From: an uncultured Solirubrobacteraceae bacterium
GTDB taxonomy: Bacteria > Actinomycetota > Thermoleophilia > Solirubrobacterales > Solirubrobacteraceae
Direction: 5' to 3'
Length of the DNA: 64,000 nucleotides
NCBI GenBank assembly: GCA_963792915.1
Contig: CAWBYD010000006.1
Location: 21,224 to 85,223 of the forward strand
This document shows positions 62,367-64,000 of the stretch, in pieces. The position numbers and the translations under genes were made by a program. The notes below the pieces were generated by a model that ran no database searches, was not told the DNA's origin, and saw only the letters and a program-made list of their open reading frames with translations. Position 1 is the stretch's first letter. Every line of letters begins with the position of its first letter.

Positions 62367-63364
62367 CCGGGGCGTTCCGGCGGCCGACGATCCACGACGT
62401 CGCCGCGCTCAGCGGCGTCTCGAAGTCGACGGTCTCGAACGTGATGCGCGGGGCCGACGGTGTCTCGGGCGCGACCCGCGCGCGGGTGCTGGCGGCGGTC
62501 GAGACGCTCGGCTACCGGCCCAACGCCGCGGCGCGCAACCTCGTCCAGCGGCGTACGAACCTGCTCGGCGTCGCCGTCTGGGACCTCGCCAACGCGTTCG
62601 ACGCCGAGCTCGTCAAGCGCATCGAGCTGCACGCCTCGGCGCGCGGCTACACGACGGTCGTCTGCAACACGGCCGGCCGTCCCACGCTCGAGGCGTCGCG
62701 CATCGACGCGCTGCTCGAGCAGCGGGTGGACGGCATCGCGCTGCTGGACTTCACGGGCGACCGCGCCGTGCTCTCGCGGCTGCTCGCCGATCGCGTGCCG
62801 GTCGTGATGGTCTCGTGCTGGGCCGACTACGCCGACTGCGTGGCGGTCGACGACGAGGCCGGGATCGGGCTCGCCGTGCGCCATCTCGTCGAGCTCGGGC
62901 ACGCGCGCATCGGCTACGTCAGCCACCCGTCGCTGGAGAGCACGACGAAGCGCTCGCGCGAGCAGGCGTTCGAGCGCGCGCTCGAGCGCCACGGGCTGGC
63001 GCGGCGCGGCGAGTGGGTCCTCGACGGCGAGGCGGACGGGCTGGGCGGCGTGTTCGAGGACGGCCCGACCGCGCTCGTCGCCGCCACCGACCACGTCGCG
63101 GTGCGGATGATCGAGCGCCTGGAGGCCGCCGGCATCGCCGTGCCCGGCGACGTCTCGCTGGTGGGCTTCGACGGGATCGCGATCGGCGCGCTGGCGCGGA
63201 TCGCGCTCACGACTGTGGCGCAGCCGGGCGACGAGCTGGCCCGCCAGGCGGTGGCGCTGCTGCTCAACCGCATCGACCGCGGCCACGACGCCGCGCCCGA
63301 GCAGCACCGGCTCGCACCCGCGCTCGTGGTCCGCGGCTCGACCGCGCCCCCGGGAGTGGTTTGA
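62363..63364 (+). CDS. LacI family regulator, paralog of the preceding gene
   Basis: TIHDVAALSGVSKSTVSNVM and SLVGFD. GTGA overlap. Confidence 0.92.
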   Translation: MTGAFRRPTIHDVAALSGVSKSTVSNVMRGADGVSGATRARVLAAVETLGYRPNAAARNLVQRRTNLLGVAVWDLANAFDAELVKRIELHASARGYTTVVCNTAGRPTLEASRIDALLEQRVDGIALLDFTGDRAVLSRLLADRVPVVMVSCWADYADCVAVDDEAGIGLAVRHLVELGHARIGYVSHPSLESTTKRSREQAFERALERHGLARRGEWVLDGEADGLGGVFEDGPTALVAATDHVAVRMIERLEAAGIAVPGDVSLVGFDGIAIGALARIALTTVAQPGDELARQAVALLLNRIDRGHDAAPEQHRLAPALVVRGSTAPPGVV

Positions 63365-63374
63365 TCGCATCGTG

Positions 63375-63612
63375 ATGCTCGCCGAACGCGCCCGGCTGGT
63401 CGACGTCCTCGCCGCGCTGTCGCTGACGACCGACCTCGCGACGGGCCTGCCGTTCGAGCGCGGGCTGCGCGCGTGCCTCGTCGCCGACGGGCTCGCGCGG
63501 GCGCTGGACCTCGATCCGCCCGCGCACCGGGCCGCGTTCCTGGCCTCGCTGCTGCCCGCGATCGGGTGCGGGCACGCGAGCGAGAACGCCGCGCTGTTCG
63601 GCGACGACATCG
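63375..63612 (+). pseudogene. N-terminal fragment of an HD-domain (HD-GYP/LuxR-type) protein
   Basis: LVDVLAALSLTTDLATGLPFERGLRAC...IGC...LFGDDI. Similarity then stops and the frame runs into the riboswitch. Confidence 0.6.
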
Positions 63613-63726
63613 GCGCATGCTCGACACCGCGGCGCACATCGCGGCCGCCGCAGCCTGAGGCCCGCTCCGACGATCGTCCAGCGCGCTTCAAGCGGCGGCG
63701 AAATGCTCCGATAGATGGTGCAAGCT

Positions 63727-63800
63727 GCACAAGGCAAACCCGTCGCGAGGCGGGGACGCAAAGCCAGAGGTCTCGCCCGGGCGAGACGGCTCAGCCGCCA
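63727..63800 (+). ncRNA. Cyclic di-GMP-I (GEMM) riboswitch
   Basis: GGCAAACCCGTC-GCGA-GGCGGGGACGCAAAGCC followed by stem GTCTCGCCC/GGGCGAGAC and GGC..AGCC. Confidence 0.85.
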
Positions 63801-63828
63801 GCGTCCGATCACGGATCTCGACGCAAAG

Positions 63829-64000
63829 GTGTTCCGCTTGTTCTCCATCTCGTTCCGCCGCCGCCTCACCGCCGTGGCACTGGTCGCCGCCGCCGCACTC
63901 GCGTTCACCCCGAGCGCACGCGCCGACTCGTCGCACGCGTCCAAGGCGGCCGTGCACGCGGTGCACGTCAGCGGCCCGGTCACGCTGCGGTCCTCCTGGA
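63829..64000 (+). CDS. Secreted protein, 5' part only
   Basis: MFRLFSISFRRRLTAVALVAAAALAFTPSARA signal peptide, open to the window end. Confidence 0.6.
   Translation, partial: MFRLFSISFRRRLTAVALVAAAALAFTPSARADSSHASKAAVHAVHVSGPVTLRSSW

Overview
Very GC-rich actinobacterial DNA. Gene content suggests class Thermoleophilia/Solirubrobacterales (inference). Scattered indels point partly to long-read error and partly to real decay. Bases 1 to about 40 kb are an accessory/defence hotspot. It has two direct copies of a 44-bp tRNA-Thr 3' half (5027-5070, 31714-31757) and a third tRNA-like 3' fragment (20799-20820). It also holds a decayed integrative mobilizable element (tyrosine integrase, xis, MobF relaxase) carrying a broken McrBC-type system with three stacked reader domains, an intact IS1634 splitting a gene, six toxin-antitoxin-type modules and an SRA-like/HNH nuclease. 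The main candidate for a new system is an intact, translationally coupled HNH - SF2 helicase - UvrD helicase operon (11007-15594). The UvrD appears to end in an mIHF-like H2TH domain, and a co-oriented stand-alone MORC-like GHKL ATPase lies nearby (7134-9224). Bases 40-64 kb are more ordinary: ABC exporter, soluble MCP, a SARP-regulated operon with a textbook repeat/-10 layout, PAS kinase, MMPL, an inositol-like catabolic cluster with twin LacI regulators, and a c-di-GMP-I riboswitch. Family names come from motif recognition only; no database search was run.
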